NCBI RefSeq assembly: GCF_000143415.4
Contig: NW_003314286.1
Location: 1,027,643 to 1,091,642 of the forward strand
Direction of reading: 5' to 3'
DNA length: 64,000 nucleotides
Source of the DNA: Selaginella moellendorffii
Lineage: Eukaryota > Plantae > Lycopodiophyta
Shown: piece by piece, positions 46,478 to 59,410 of the stretch
Position numbering within the stretch: the first letter of the stretch is position 1
How the letters are laid out: each line of letters begins with the position of its first letter
Made by a program: the position numbers and the translations under genes
Notes under the pieces: generated by a model
What the model was told of the DNA's origin: nothing
Databases searched by the model: none
The model's input: only the letters and a program-made list of their open reading frames with translations

Positions 46478-48289
46478 TTAGTGTTGTTGCTGCTGCTGCT
46501 GCCCGTCCGGGTTTGGAATCCCGATTGGGGAAAGAACCTGGAGGTCAAGAAGCATCGAATATAAAACAATGTAAGTTTGATTCAACAAACAAACCCGTCT
46601 AGAGATCTCGGCCCGCATTCTAGCTTCTGTTCTTCTCCAGTTCTCTTCCAGTCTTCCAATCTCGTCTGCCAAACGAAGTTCATGAGAGAAAGAAAATACA
46701 GATCAAACGAACTTACTTATAAGGGGGCTGAGATCTTCTTGAGGTCTTCTGGCTCTCAACCAAAAGTAAGGAGACTGCACTTCAATCGAGAGACATCAGA
46801 ACATGTACATAAAAACTTGATCAATGTACCTCGTCACGGCTCGAATCATCGTCAGAGATACTTTCACTATCTCCTTGACAATGCTTTCGGCCTGTAAATC
46901 GTAGCACGTTGTGGACGGTTACATTCTGATAGAAACCTGACCTTTGGTAATCCGTGACAGGATGTCATCCACCCTATACAAACTTCTGGAAGGAATCAGA
47001 AACGAAAATGTTGAACAAATGCATACTTCTCTTGTGGCTTCCTTGAAAAACTTTTTCTCGATCGGGATTTTTCCGGAGACTTGGAAGAGCCGCGTGGTTG
47101 CTGCAAGAAATGGTCTCAGTATGTATACATATAATCCGCAGTGCCACTACCACGCAAATATCGAATTTCGAATCCACTATCTCGTCGTTTAAATCAGCCA
47201 AAGTCTGCCACAAGTCACGATTCAGACAGACAAGTTTTCATATGAACGTGCTTACTTTTCTAACAAACGACTTGTCCTGCTCCATCTTCCCCTTCAAGTA
47301 CTCAAATAATTCAAATGAAGCCTCTTGCCTAACAGGAAAACCGAGCATCGTACAAAGAAGTAAAGGCAATAGAGAGAAAAAGGTGTACCTTGAGAATATT
47401 GAGCGAAGGGTTGTTTCAGCAAGACGCAGCAACTGATCTTTCTTCAACAGAGAGGCTTTCAACCCTCTGCAACATTTCTCCTGCTGTCTAAACTCCTGGC
47501 GTGGAGAAAAAAATGTTTATCAGCGTTTCTTCTTACTCCCACCTTTTCTTTAATCTGTAAAGCCGCCTCTAAACTTTGAACTCTTTCCTGTGAAGTCTCG
47601 GGTTGCTGCAGCATGCAAAACAGCATCCACGTCAAGTCGAAACTCGCGAGAATTTGCATACCTTATTCGAAACTCTGTCGAGTTTCCAGTCGTCTAACTT
47701 AAGCTGGAGATCCGAGATGGTAGTACGGAGATCGGATGATAGCTGCTGGATAGAATCCCCATTTTTATCTCTCGATTCAACAACGTCTTTCTCCTGGTCA
47801 CAAAAAAAACCGCGAATAAAATCTCATACTCAAAACAAACAAAAAAAATCTAAAAGTTATACCATAGAGCAGTTACATTTGATGAAATCTTGCCTGATCC
47901 ACCTGTTCCTTGTGCATCAGCCTCTGCCGAACATCCTCATTGATCTTCTCCTGCCTGCATTGATCGATCCAATTACAAAATCCAGCACACAAAAGCCAGG
48001 ATTACCTCTCGAGCGCCGATAGCTGTGCACGAAGCGCGAATTGGAGCTGCTGGATGACGTGATCCTTGGCCTGCATTGCCGCCTCCCAATTCTGGAGCGC
48101 ATCCCTAGACCTGTTGATGAGCTGATCGTGCTGCTCGCGCAGCTCCACAAGCTGCTCCTCTTTCTTCCCCAGCGCCGCCTGCAATCCAACCCACGCATTC
48201 TTGTCGCCCCCGCCCTTCTTGGGAGGCGGGGTCCCGGGCGGCGATTCGGGCGGATTATTAGCGGCGCTCGCCCTCCGCCTGGCGCTCAT
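46478..48289 (-). CDS. Multi-exon coiled-coil protein of unknown function
   Basis: MSARRRASAANNPPESPPGTPPPKK...ALGKKEEQLVELREQHDQLI..., heptad-rich exons separated by short GT-AG introns. Confidence 0.75.
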
Positions 48290-48421
48290 GGGAATCCAAA
48301 AAAATTCCAATCCAACCCTAACCAAAGAATAGACGGCCAGGATTCGTTGCCCTAAGTTTTAGGGTTCTTCGGCGCCGGAGGCTAGAGCGAGGAGGAGGCG
48401 AGGCGGGGCGCGTCGCGAATC

Positions 48422-49535
<1,114 letters not shown>

Positions 49536-50101
49536 GCTGTGTCACTCACTGGTAGTGCTGCTACTCACCCTTCGCTCCGGCAGAGTATGGTCAAAGCTCT
49601 TGTTTTTTGGGAAATTTAAAAAGACAACTCTTTTGCTTCACACTTGCTATGGTTTCTCTGCTAACATCAACCAAAATCAATCGTTGCTTGACGCTTTTCT
49701 ATCTAATTCTTTGTCTTGGGAGAGGATCGAACCTTTGAGCTTTTCTTTGTCCGCATGTGAATCATGCCATAAGCGATGTCTGCCATTGTCTTGTTGCTGT
49801 TGATTGCTTCACTAGCTCTAGTGGGACTCCAAATCGATTCTTTACCCTTTGTGCATCACAAAAGAGGGAGATAGGGAGGACACTGGAGCCCAGGGAAATG
49901 ATCCGCCATAGTCCCGCAAGAGCTAGTGGCGCCACTGGTGATCCTCGCGCACGAGATTACCATGCCAAGTCGCAAACATTCTCCTCAGGTAATTGGCATC
50001 TCCAGGAGAATGGAGCCTCTGCTGCTGCTAAGCAATCGCCAGGAGCGCCACTGTTAATCCGGCTGGTGATGAAAATCTCTAGCCTAGCCTAAGGGATCAT
50101 C

Positions 50102-51839
50102 ATGGAAGATAGAGCTACTGTAGTTCATCCTCAAGTTTGCGAGATAGAGGTACTCATTCTTTCCTTTCCTCTGTGTTGTCATGGAACTTTGGTCTCTCTC
50201 TAGATTGACAGACCGGTTGCTAGCGAGAAACGAAGGCCCAGCTTGAAGCTCGAGATACCCTCCAAGCCCGCGGATGTTCCCGGGAAACCTCCGGCGGCGA
50301 CGCCTACGCCGAGATCGAGTGGCAAGAAATCCGTGCAGTTCCAAACTTTCAGTAATGCTCTTCCGCCGCAGCCGCCGCCACCGCCATCCATCTCCAACAC
50401 CCCAGGAGCAGCAACACCCCGATCAAACTTCTCGCTCATGCGGCTCCTCACGCCCCGCTCCGCAAGAACAGTGTCTCTTCCATTGCGATTCACGCTATCG
50501 TCTTCTTCGTCCGCGTCTCCGTCGTCTTCTTCGTCGACAGGGGCCGCGGCAGTGAGTCCAGATGCCATTAGAGAAAATTTGATCTCGTCATCAAAGGTAG
50601 AACTTTTCTTTCTTTCTTTCATCGTCAACTTTGTCATCTCGTCTTCGCAGGACAAGCAGATCAAACGCTCCAGGTCGGCGCTCGATGGTCACCAAAAAGA
50701 GAAGAAGCTCACCCGGCTTTACTCCGGAACGTTTCTCGTCAAGCCGACCACTCCTCGTCCTCGTCCCCGGGAAACTTCACAAGCAGACGACGGAGCCCAA
50801 GACACTGACCATGCCAACGACACCCAAGGTACGTAAACTTCCTATGATCAAGTTCATGGAGGTCATGGTTCCATGATCTGAAAGTTTCAAAACTTTTAGA
50901 CGGCGAGGACGAGGAGATCCCCGAGGAGGAAGCAGTGTGCCGCATTTGCCTGTGCGATCTGGGCGAGGAGGGCAAGACGCTCAAGCTCGAGTGTAGCTGC
51001 AAAGGGGAGCTGGCGCTGGCTCACGAGGAGTGCGCTCTCAAGTGGTTTGGGATTCGAGGCAACCGCGAGTGCGATGTTTGTGGCCAGGAGGTCGTCAATC
51101 TCCCCGTCACGCTCGTCAGGCTCCAGCAAAACCAAAACAATATCAACGCTGAAACTCAAGGTCTCCAGCAAGCTCAAATGGCGCAAATGAGTGCTCTCAA
51201 CAGGTAGATTCGTCTATCTCGCTCTACAGCTTTGTAGATTCCATGGTGTCCTTCCAGGATATGGCATGACGTTCCCGTGCTCGTCATGATCAGCATGCTC
51301 ACGTACTTTTGCCTCCTGGAGCAGCTACTGGTGATAATTCTCTGATGATTTCGATTGATTTGCGAAGTTCTGGGATGGATTTCTTTGTTGCCTACTACAG
51401 GTGAGACGAAAGGGCCCTCGAGCATTGATGCTAGCTCTGCCATTCGCCGTCATGTTTGGAATGCTCACTGCCATCACAGCATCAACGCTTGGTAAGATTT
51501 CGTTTCTCTCTCTTTCTCTCGAGCTCCTGTTTGTAACAAAAGATTCTTTCAAAGCACAGTGAGGCGGCGTTGTATGTGGCTCTTTGCCATCTTTCAGGTC
51601 GGTTTTGTCATACTATTTGCGCATGTTTTCTACAGCTGGGTAAGATCACTCTCTTAAAACTTTTTTAGTTCTTATTTCAATCCATGATCCAGATGAAGTT
51701 GAACCCAATCTTATCAATTTCGCTGGCCGGTTTTGCGGGATTCGGATTGTCCATGATCGTGAATGCTCTCCTCCTGGAATGTTGGAGCTGTAGAACAAGA
51801 GCAGCGCGACAAGAAGACGCAAGCCAAGATATCGTGTAA
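50102..51839 (+). CDS. RING-CH (C4HC3, MARCH-type) membrane E3 ubiquitin ligase
   Basis: [14 protein letters not shown]...[60 protein letters not shown] and C-terminal TM helices. Confidence 0.93.
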
Positions 51840-51855
51840 ATATGTACTGTAATTC

Positions 51856-52725
51856 TCACACACTTGTTTTGTGATAGAACAAAATGTATGCATCGCTCGA
51901 GCACCTCGATAGCTCAAAAATCTCTTCCACCACCTCATCGTCAAAGCTGTACCACTTTCCATTTGGGAGTTTGATGGTTGCCGTGTAGTGCCCATAGTCG
52001 GAGTCTCCCATATGGTTAATCAATCCATACAGTTTGTACTCCTGTTCCCAAAGTGTCAAAATCTGTGGAAACTCCACCGTGGTGTCGATCTTCTCCACAC
52101 TCCCCGAAGAATCGCACTTAAACCTTGCCAAATGGAGGATCAAATTCCGTGGGAGCTTCCCAAGCTCCAGTTTCTTGACAGCGTCCTTTTGGTTTCTCTT
52201 GCACTTTGGGCAGTGCCAGGAATCCAAAACATCGTCTTTGGTGTACTCCCGGATGCATGATTCCAGAGAAACCGGCTGCGTCATCTCATGGACTGGCAGC
52301 GAGAGAGAGGTGAAAGATTCAGGCGTGGAGGAGACCATGTTGGAGCACTTCGGGCATTTCACTGTGGATTTGGTTTGGCCCTCGAAGAAATCTGCGACTG
52401 GAGAGGGGAGCTCTGGCCGCACCTTTTTTCCTTTAGGAGGATTCTCTTGCTTCTTGAATTCTTGATCCAGGGCACCCAAAAGAAAATCGAGATACTCCTG
52501 TGCGTCCTGCTGGACGCTCGGATTTGTCAGCTTTGGCCCTGGTTTTACAGACTTGCTTGCGTTATTCCAAATCGCCCTCACCACTTTCCTAAACTCGATT
52601 GCCATCTCACCTCTTACGTTGTCTGATTTCAAGAAGAAGCTAGAGAGCTCTGGAGTGTGAACAACGCACTGTAAAGCACTGTTGGCTGAACAAGAATTCC
52701 CTTGGTTTTGAAAGCCCACAGCCAT
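51856..52725 (-). CDS. Intronless minimal ubiquitin-specific protease (peptidase C19, catalytic domain only)
   Basis: Cys box GFQNQGNSCSANSALQC, QQDAQEYL, CxxC...CxxC finger, LPRNLILHL.RF, His box HMGDSDYGHYTA, WYSFDD. Confidence 0.92.
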   Translation of the reverse strand: MAVGFQNQGNSCSANSALQCVVHTPELSSFFLKSDNVRGEMAIEFRKVVRAIWNNASKSVKPGPKLTNPSVQQDAQEYLDFLLGALDQEFKKQENPPKGKKVRPELPSPVADFFEGQTKSTVKCPKCSNMVSSTPESFTSLSLPVHEMTQPVSLESCIREYTKDDVLDSWHCPKCKRNQKDAVKKLELGKLPRNLILHLARFKCDSSGSVEKIDTTVEFPQILTLWEQEYKLYGLINHMGDSDYGHYTATIKLPNGKWYSFDDEVVEEIFELSRCSSDAYILFYHKTSV

Positions 52726-52779
52726 TTGCCTTGCACACAACCCAAAAGAAAACCTAGAATATTTAAAGAAAACAAACAG

Positions 52780-53950
52780 GAATTAAATAATTAATGTGAG
52801 TGCTTGGTCACAATAATAATTATAAAATAGCAAAATTACCTTTATATAATAAATTTAAATGGAGAGTTATTGATGATAAATGATAATATTAAAATTATTT
52901 ATAAAATGCCTAAAATTATTTTTTAATTATGTTATAAGCTTATATATAAACACATTTCACATTATAGAATTAAACTTCACTACTTAAATACCTATTTTAA
53001 AATTATATAAAGAATTAAAATATTAATGATTTTTAATATAAAAATTTTAAAAATATTTTATTTACTATAAATAAATGATAGACCTTCGCTACATTTACTC
53101 TTGTAATAACAAATATTTCACACTTTTGTCTTTTGTATTTTAGCTAATTGAATAAGTCATTGACATCACACAACCAAATTAAAAAAATTTGAGAAAGGGA
53201 TTTAATATGTAATAATTATATTTTAATATAAATATATTTTAGGTTATAATAGTGACTTTAAAAGTTTTAAACACTATTTTTATAAGGATTTTTTACACAC
53301 TCTTGACAAAATTTTCTATAAGTAAGAAAATGGAATAAAAAAATATGATTATAATCTACTAGGAATTTTGAAAGAATTTTTTTTTTTTTTGGAACATTCA
53401 AAAATTCACAAGAGAAAATGCATATATGAAAAATACCATAGGCCTTAATTGACAAAAATATACAAGTGATAGTAAAAGAAAATACGGAAGTTTAAACATC
53501 CTTAATTTATATTTAGTGTATGGTAATGTTACTATTTTTTTTAGATGTAGTATAGTATATCTTTTATATAATCTCAAAGAGTTAACACAGAAAACATTTT
53601 AATTTTATTCTTCAACATTACTTTCCATCCAACTAAATTCTCTTTAATATCCTTTTTAGTATATTTTCTAAAAAAAGAAAAGGTTTTAATGATCTAAGAC
53701 CCCTTTTGCTAAAGGCTTTTCTTTATTTAGATGCCTTTTGTGCTAAATAATGTATCAAAAATATTTTTCTTTCTTGTGATATAAAAATTTGATTTTGTGA
53801 AAAATACATTAACAAAAAAAACAATTGCATAATGCTGCAAGGAATTTGCTCAAGTTTTAGCATACTATCCTCAAGATTTTGAAGACTGAAGACTAGAGGG
53901 ACCAAGAGTGACAAGCAAATCAACTTTTATCCCTTACATTGTGGTTTAAT
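52780..53950. other. Very AT-rich non-coding tract, probably a decayed transposon
   Basis: Composition resembles the hypermutated TE tracts at 5000-5700 and 11-17 kb. No ORF. Confidence 0.4.
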
Positions 53951-54242
53951 GCCTTGAAAGCATGTAATAATTGAAGATTAATTCAAGAATCTACAAGACA
54001 GAGTCAAAGGAATCAAAACCAATGGTACATATTATCCCCAAGATCTCAGAAGACATCTGGTTGAAGTACATCTGGTTGGCTAGTTGCACTTAATATATAG
54101 AGATCCACTTGCATGGGATCTGGCATTGGTTGATCCTTAGGACACTGCATCGTGAAAGCGTAAAAAGCAAAAGAGAGAAAGCAGAAATGAGAAACGAATA
54201 ATATATTATCGAAGGTGACAATTATAACTGGGAATCTAAAAC

Positions 54243-55697
54243 TCATGTGTTAAACTTGTGGCGGTCGTGTGGAGTGGAGTAGTCGATGACGCTTCCAACA
54301 GGGATGACGCCATACGGATTGATGGAGGGATGACTTCCATAGTAGTGCTTTTTGATGTGGTCCATGCGGACGGTGTCCGAGATCCCATCCATCTGGTACA
54401 CGTCCTTGACGAAGTTGAAGAGGTTTGGGTACTCACGGATCAGCTTCTTGTTGCACTTGAAATGAACAACATAAACCTGGCATAGGTGATGAATTTGAAT
54501 AAAACTTCGAGAGAAAGCAAGAAAAAAAAAACACCCCAGAGCTTACTTCGTCGAATCTTATCAGCGTCTTGAAGAGCCGGAGATCTGCCTCGGTGAAAAC
54601 GTTTCCGCACAGATACCTCTGCTTTGAGAGGATATCCTCGCAGCGATCCAGCGCATTGAACAGAGCCTCAAACGCCTGCGACAAGGAAAAGAACTTGGAT
54701 TCATGGCTTCCGAACGAAGAAAAACTAAAGAAGAAAAGTTCTGAAGATTTACCTCCTCATAAGGCTTCTGCTTGGTTGCAAAGCCACAGCGATAAACTCC
54801 GTTGTTGATGGAGTCATACACCCAAGCGTTCACTTCATCAATCTTGGCCTGGAGATCTCTCGGGTAAAGGTCGAAGTCGGGACGCTTTGCAAGATGGTTG
54901 AACTCGCTGTTGAGCATGCGGATGATATCAGAGTTCTCATTGTTCACGATAGTTTTCTTTGCTTTGTCCCAAAGAACCTGTTTACGTCAGGCAATCAAGC
55001 TCTGAAAACCTTGAAAGGAAAGAAAGAAACGAAGAAAGAAAGGTAGCGAGTACTCACGGGAACAGTGTACTTTCCAGTGTAGTTTGGATTGGCGATGTCG
55101 TAAAGTTCACGGACAGTCTTGGCATTGTTTATGGGGTCAGGCTGAGCACCAGGTTCCTCGTTGTCAGAGGAAGGAAACGTCCATCCAAAGTGACCCTCGC
55201 CTTCTTTGGTTCTCTCCCACTTTGGTTTTGTGGACTACACGTTACGAGAGAAAGGTGTGAAGATCATCCTCAAGAAAACAAAAGAAGAAGCTTCTAGCAC
55301 TTAGAATTGTCCAAAGCAACAAGAATACATGCCAACCATATGAAGCACAAAAATCGAAGAAAACAACACTTAGATGTCACAAACAAACCATATGAAGCAC
55401 AGGAAATCAAAGAAAACGCTAGCTTCATGCAAGAGCGAGAAAGCTTCTAACTTCCAAAAGAAAGAAAGAAATTCTTTGACATACCGTGACGCCAATAGCA
55501 TGGTCTAAGCCCTTGAGCTTGAGCGTAGCGAAGCACCGGGAAGCCCAGGGACACGCATACGAGATGTAGAGATGGTACCTATCGGCCACGGCCGGAATAT
55601 CACACCCTTCTTTGCTAGAAATCCAGCTGCGAAACGATGACTCGGTGCGCTTGAATTCCCCATCCGTCGATGTCTCATCGATCGCCGTCTTTCCCAT
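54243..55697 (-). CDS. GHR: Glutathionyl-hydroquinone reductase (GHR, Xi-class GST, ECM4/YqjG family)
   Basis: [32 protein letters not shown]...[46 protein letters not shown]. Confidence 0.95.
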
Positions 55698-55870
55698 CGC
55701 TCGTCCAGCTCCAAATCGCCTCTTCTGGATCCGAGCGGCAAATCGCAGTGATCCTCTGGCGATCCCGACGGAGAGAGCCGCCAGATTGACTTCCTGTTGC
55801 CCGCAACGTGGCAGGCATTTCTTTTCTACTTCGATTTGGGTTACTTTGGGCTCTGTTTTTTAGGGTTAAA

Positions 55871-57652
55871 ATGCTGGGAGCTGCCCAGCGATGGCGATGG
55901 CGTCTCCCGGCGTGGAATCTGGGAAGCAGGAGCTTGTATTCCACGCTCATGGGTATGTTCTTGCGAAATGTAGGTGGATTGAGCTGGAGACATGGATTTT
56001 CTATCTCCAGACAAGCATGCGCCCATTCCCGACGATATTTTGCGAATTTTGGAGAAGAGAATGATCTCTATTGAAGACCGCCATGCCTGTCTTTCCAAAG
56101 CGCTTCTAGAGGTAAAGTGTAGATTCGGATTTCGTCCTTGAAAATACGATCGTGAATGATTTCAGCCTGGGATTGCGTCAGACGAGCTGATCAAGATGAA
56201 CAAGGAGCTTCGTAAGCTGGATTACTCCGTGGATATGATCAAGGCGCTGAGAGCCAAAGAAAAGGTTTGACGACTAAAGTTTGGGAAAAAGAGACTCTTT
56301 GGTTGAATGCAGGAAGTAATTGGCTTGAAAGAATTGGTAAAAGAGTCCGTTGAAGACGAAGAAATGCGTAGGCTGGCCTCTGGAGAACTTCAAACGGCCA
56401 CCAGAGAAGTGAGAGATGCTCAGCACGATGTTCTCCTGAAGCTTATTCCTAAAGATGAAGCTGATAGCAGAGGTTGTATTCTCGAAGTCAGAGCAGGCAA
56501 GTGCAACCCATAGGCTTCATGTTTGATATGTTTCATCTATCTTTTAGGAGCTGGAGGTGACGAAGCGTCAATTTTTGCATCTGATCTCTTCAAAATGTAG
56601 GCACGTCTTTCTGGTGTATGCCGAATGCTTATTGGATTTCTATGAATGCTCTCAGGTATGAGAAATACGCTGCAAACAACTCATGGAGGTTTGAAGTTCT
56701 GAGCATTACTACCACCGACACCCGAGGTTACAAGGTAACTATCCGGTTCTCCACGGGCGTATCTAAGCTTGTCTTTATAGGAGGCTAGTGCTGTAATATC
56801 TGGAGATGATGTTTATGGAGCTCTGAAGTTCGAAAGTGGCGTTCATCGCGTCCAGGTACGAAAGTAATTACCGTGGTTTCATTTTTTTTATATGCATCCG
56901 TGTGCAGCGTGTTCCTGTCACTGAGAAGGCTGGGCGTATACACACAAGTACTGCGTCAGTCGCTATTCTTCCCGAAGCGAATGAGGTTCACTCCAGGTTT
57001 ACTAAACCTTTGCACTTGCATAGACCATTGATACATTTTATTTTATTTTTCTCGTTTTTCTGTTGCTGAAGTTTGACTATGCTGACAGGTTGATGTCGAG
57101 ATCCGTAATGACGAGATAAAGATAGACACTTACCGAGCTGGTGGAGCCGGTGGACAGCATGTAAATACTACCTGCAGCGCAGTCCGAGTTACCCACGCTC
57201 CAACAGGTATCGTGGTCGCAATCCAAGACGAACGCTCTCAACACAAGGTAGGCCGTTCAACACGCGTGCTTTGCTACAACTGAGCTGAGATTGTATAGAA
57301 CAAAGCAAAAGCTTTGAGTATTTTATATGCTAGGCTGTACGAGCTCGAGCGGTCCCGAGCAGCGGCAAGTCGGTCTGAATTACGACAAGATCAGGTAATT
57401 CAGTTTATTGTCGCAGAACGTTATTTTCTCTACTTTTATAAATTGTCACTCCAGATCGGCTCAAGCGACAGATCGGAGCGCATAAGAACGTATAACTTTC
57501 CCCAAGGTCGGGTAACTGATCATCGAGTGGGAGTGACGCAACACTCGATTGAGCAAATTATGGAGGGGATTGGTCTGGAAATTTTTGTGAATGCGCTCAA
57601 GATGCAGCACGAAGCGAGCGCTTTGGCGTCGCTCAAAGCTGCAGCAGCTTGA
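55871..57652 (+). CDS. prfA: Organellar (probably mitochondrial) peptide chain release factor 1
   Basis: Presequence, [29 protein letters not shown] (PxT), [39 protein letters not shown]. Confidence 0.95.
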
Positions 57653-57957
57653 CTACCCATAAGTTTCACTTTTTTTTTCTTCCTATGTTTTTTTAACGTG
57701 TCAGATGTTGACAATTGGAAGCATTTGTTTGAACGTCAGGTGAGTGTTCTATTATAAATGGCAACAGCACTGACTTGTTTCCATGCACAGGACCGTCATC
57801 GGATCAATGAGCGTGGACGGCACGAAGCTGATCATGTAGGCCTCTTTCGTGCGACGATGTGAGCTAAAAAATGGAGTGGGGGAAGTCAGAGGTGCCAGGC
57901 CACCTACTTAAACGTTTCTCCTGAAAGAATCAACATCTTGGTCAGTAGCAGAGGAGG

Positions 57958-58692
57958 ATGGTTGATGAAATGACGGCTGCCGATGGGACGCTACGGGTGG
58001 TTTCTTTTCCTTGGTGCATTAAGTTCCGGAGCGTTTGCAAGAATCTCTTGAAGCGGATGAAACTCATCGGTAGAAGGTCGTCAACTCGTGGGGTGCTGGT
58101 GAAGAGGAGCAGCAACAGCAGCAACAAGCACATGATCAGTTGGACAGCGAGCTTTGCATACAGGCAGCAGCAGAAGCAAAAGCTCAAGAAGTCGGGAAGC
58201 AGTTTATGGTCGTTTGGTGGCTACAGCAAACTCAAGAACAGTGATAGCTGCACGGAAGCTTTAGATCGCCAGGAAGTCGTCCACCGCAACTTAGAGGACT
58301 CTCAGGCTTCGTCCAGCAGCTTCTCGTTCAAGAATGATGCGGAGAACCTTGGGCATGGCAAAGGCAAGGAGATTTTGTCACCGCATCCTGGCGTGCAGCG
58401 CAGCGAGGCTATGAAGCTCAAATCGAGGTGGGACGAAGTGGTGGAGATGGTTGTAGCGGACAGCTTTGATGATTTGGTGGACTTGGAGGAATTTCTGGGC
58501 TACTATATGCTGCTGAATTGCCCCGTCTTTCGAGCCATGGTGCAGAGGTTTTTTAGCGAGTTTTGTGTGGAGTTTTGCGAGGACGAGGAGCTTCTAGCCG
58601 TCAGCTTGTTCGTCCCAGAAATGCAGGATTTTCCCTCTTTTGGGAATTCTTCTGAGAGGGAATTAGAATGCTTGCCGCCATCGCCTTGCTAG
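57958..58692 (+). CDS. OVATE-like family protein (OFP17-type)
   Basis: C-terminal VVEMVV...FDDLVDLEEFL..Y..LNCPVF...V.RFFSEFC matches the OFP17-type OVATE-like domain. Intronless. Confidence 0.75.
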   Translation: MVDEMTAADGTLRVVSFPWCIKFRSVCKNLLKRMKLIGRRSSTRGVLVKRSSNSSNKHMISWTASFAYRQQQKQKLKKSGSSLWSFGGYSKLKNSDSCTEALDRQEVVHRNLEDSQASSSSFSFKNDAENLGHGKGKEILSPHPGVQRSEAMKLKSRWDEVVEMVVADSFDDLVDLEEFLGYYMLLNCPVFRAMVQRFFSEFCVEFCEDEELLAVSLFVPEMQDFPSFGNSSERELECLPPSPC

Positions 58693-59286
58693 TTTAAAGG
58701 AATAACGTTTCTCGCTCCTAAAGAGAAAAAAGAGAAAACATCGGTCTAGTAAAGCATATTTTCACCATAATGTATAAGGTAGAAAATAAATATGCACTCC
58801 ATGACTTTTACTTTACATTTTAAAAAGTTTCTAAAATATTAAAGAGTCTTACCTCCATAAAGGTTTGAATAAACAATAGATTAGTTTTGGTTTAAACCAG
58901 ACGAAAAGGTCGCCTCTTGCTACTCACAAGAAAAAAGTACCAGTCACTGAAAGTTTCACCTCTCCTCATCTCTCAGGAATCCACCTCTTTTGGTTTAAGC
59001 TTAATTTCGCCACAACCAGCTTGCTCTTGCTGCTCCGCCCAGCACGAGTTTGTGCTAGCCCGCACGACAAAAACAAAATAGATTTTGCCCTTGTTGTAAA
59101 CTCTGTATGGATCAGCAGGAAATCTGATCCAGAAGATAATCTTGTTGTGGGCTAGTGACATGGATTAAGTGGTCTAAAGTCTCTTCCGTACTAAAGCCTT
59201 AAAAAGCTTTTCACAGAAGTTTAAGTTAAAACAGAATGCCGCATGGATTGTGCATTGCCATGAGGCCTTGCGCAGATTTTACTCAT

Positions 59287-59359
59287 AAAATATACTTTAC
59301 ATTCCAACAAATATTCTGATATGGTATCAGAATATTTGTTTGAATGTAAAGTATATTTT
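59287..59359. repeat. Near-perfect 73-bp hairpin/palindrome (35-bp arms, 1 mismatch, TGG loop)
   Basis: AAAATATACTTTACATTCCAACAAATATTCTGATA-TGG-TATCAGAATATTTGTTTGAATGTAAAGTATATTTT. Confidence 0.97.
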
Positions 59360-59410
59360 CATCGCCCTTAATAGCATACCTAGATTATTTGGTACAGTAA
59401 GAAGAGAAAA

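Noticed and set aside
49700-49790. tRNA-like B box (GGTTCGATCC) on the minus strand
   Set aside because: No acceptor stem or cloverleaf can be formed.
49795-49850. Plant telomerase RNA (TTGATTGCT resembles the pre-template segment)
   Set aside because: No CTAAACCCT template follows and no USE/TATA Pol III promoter is visible.
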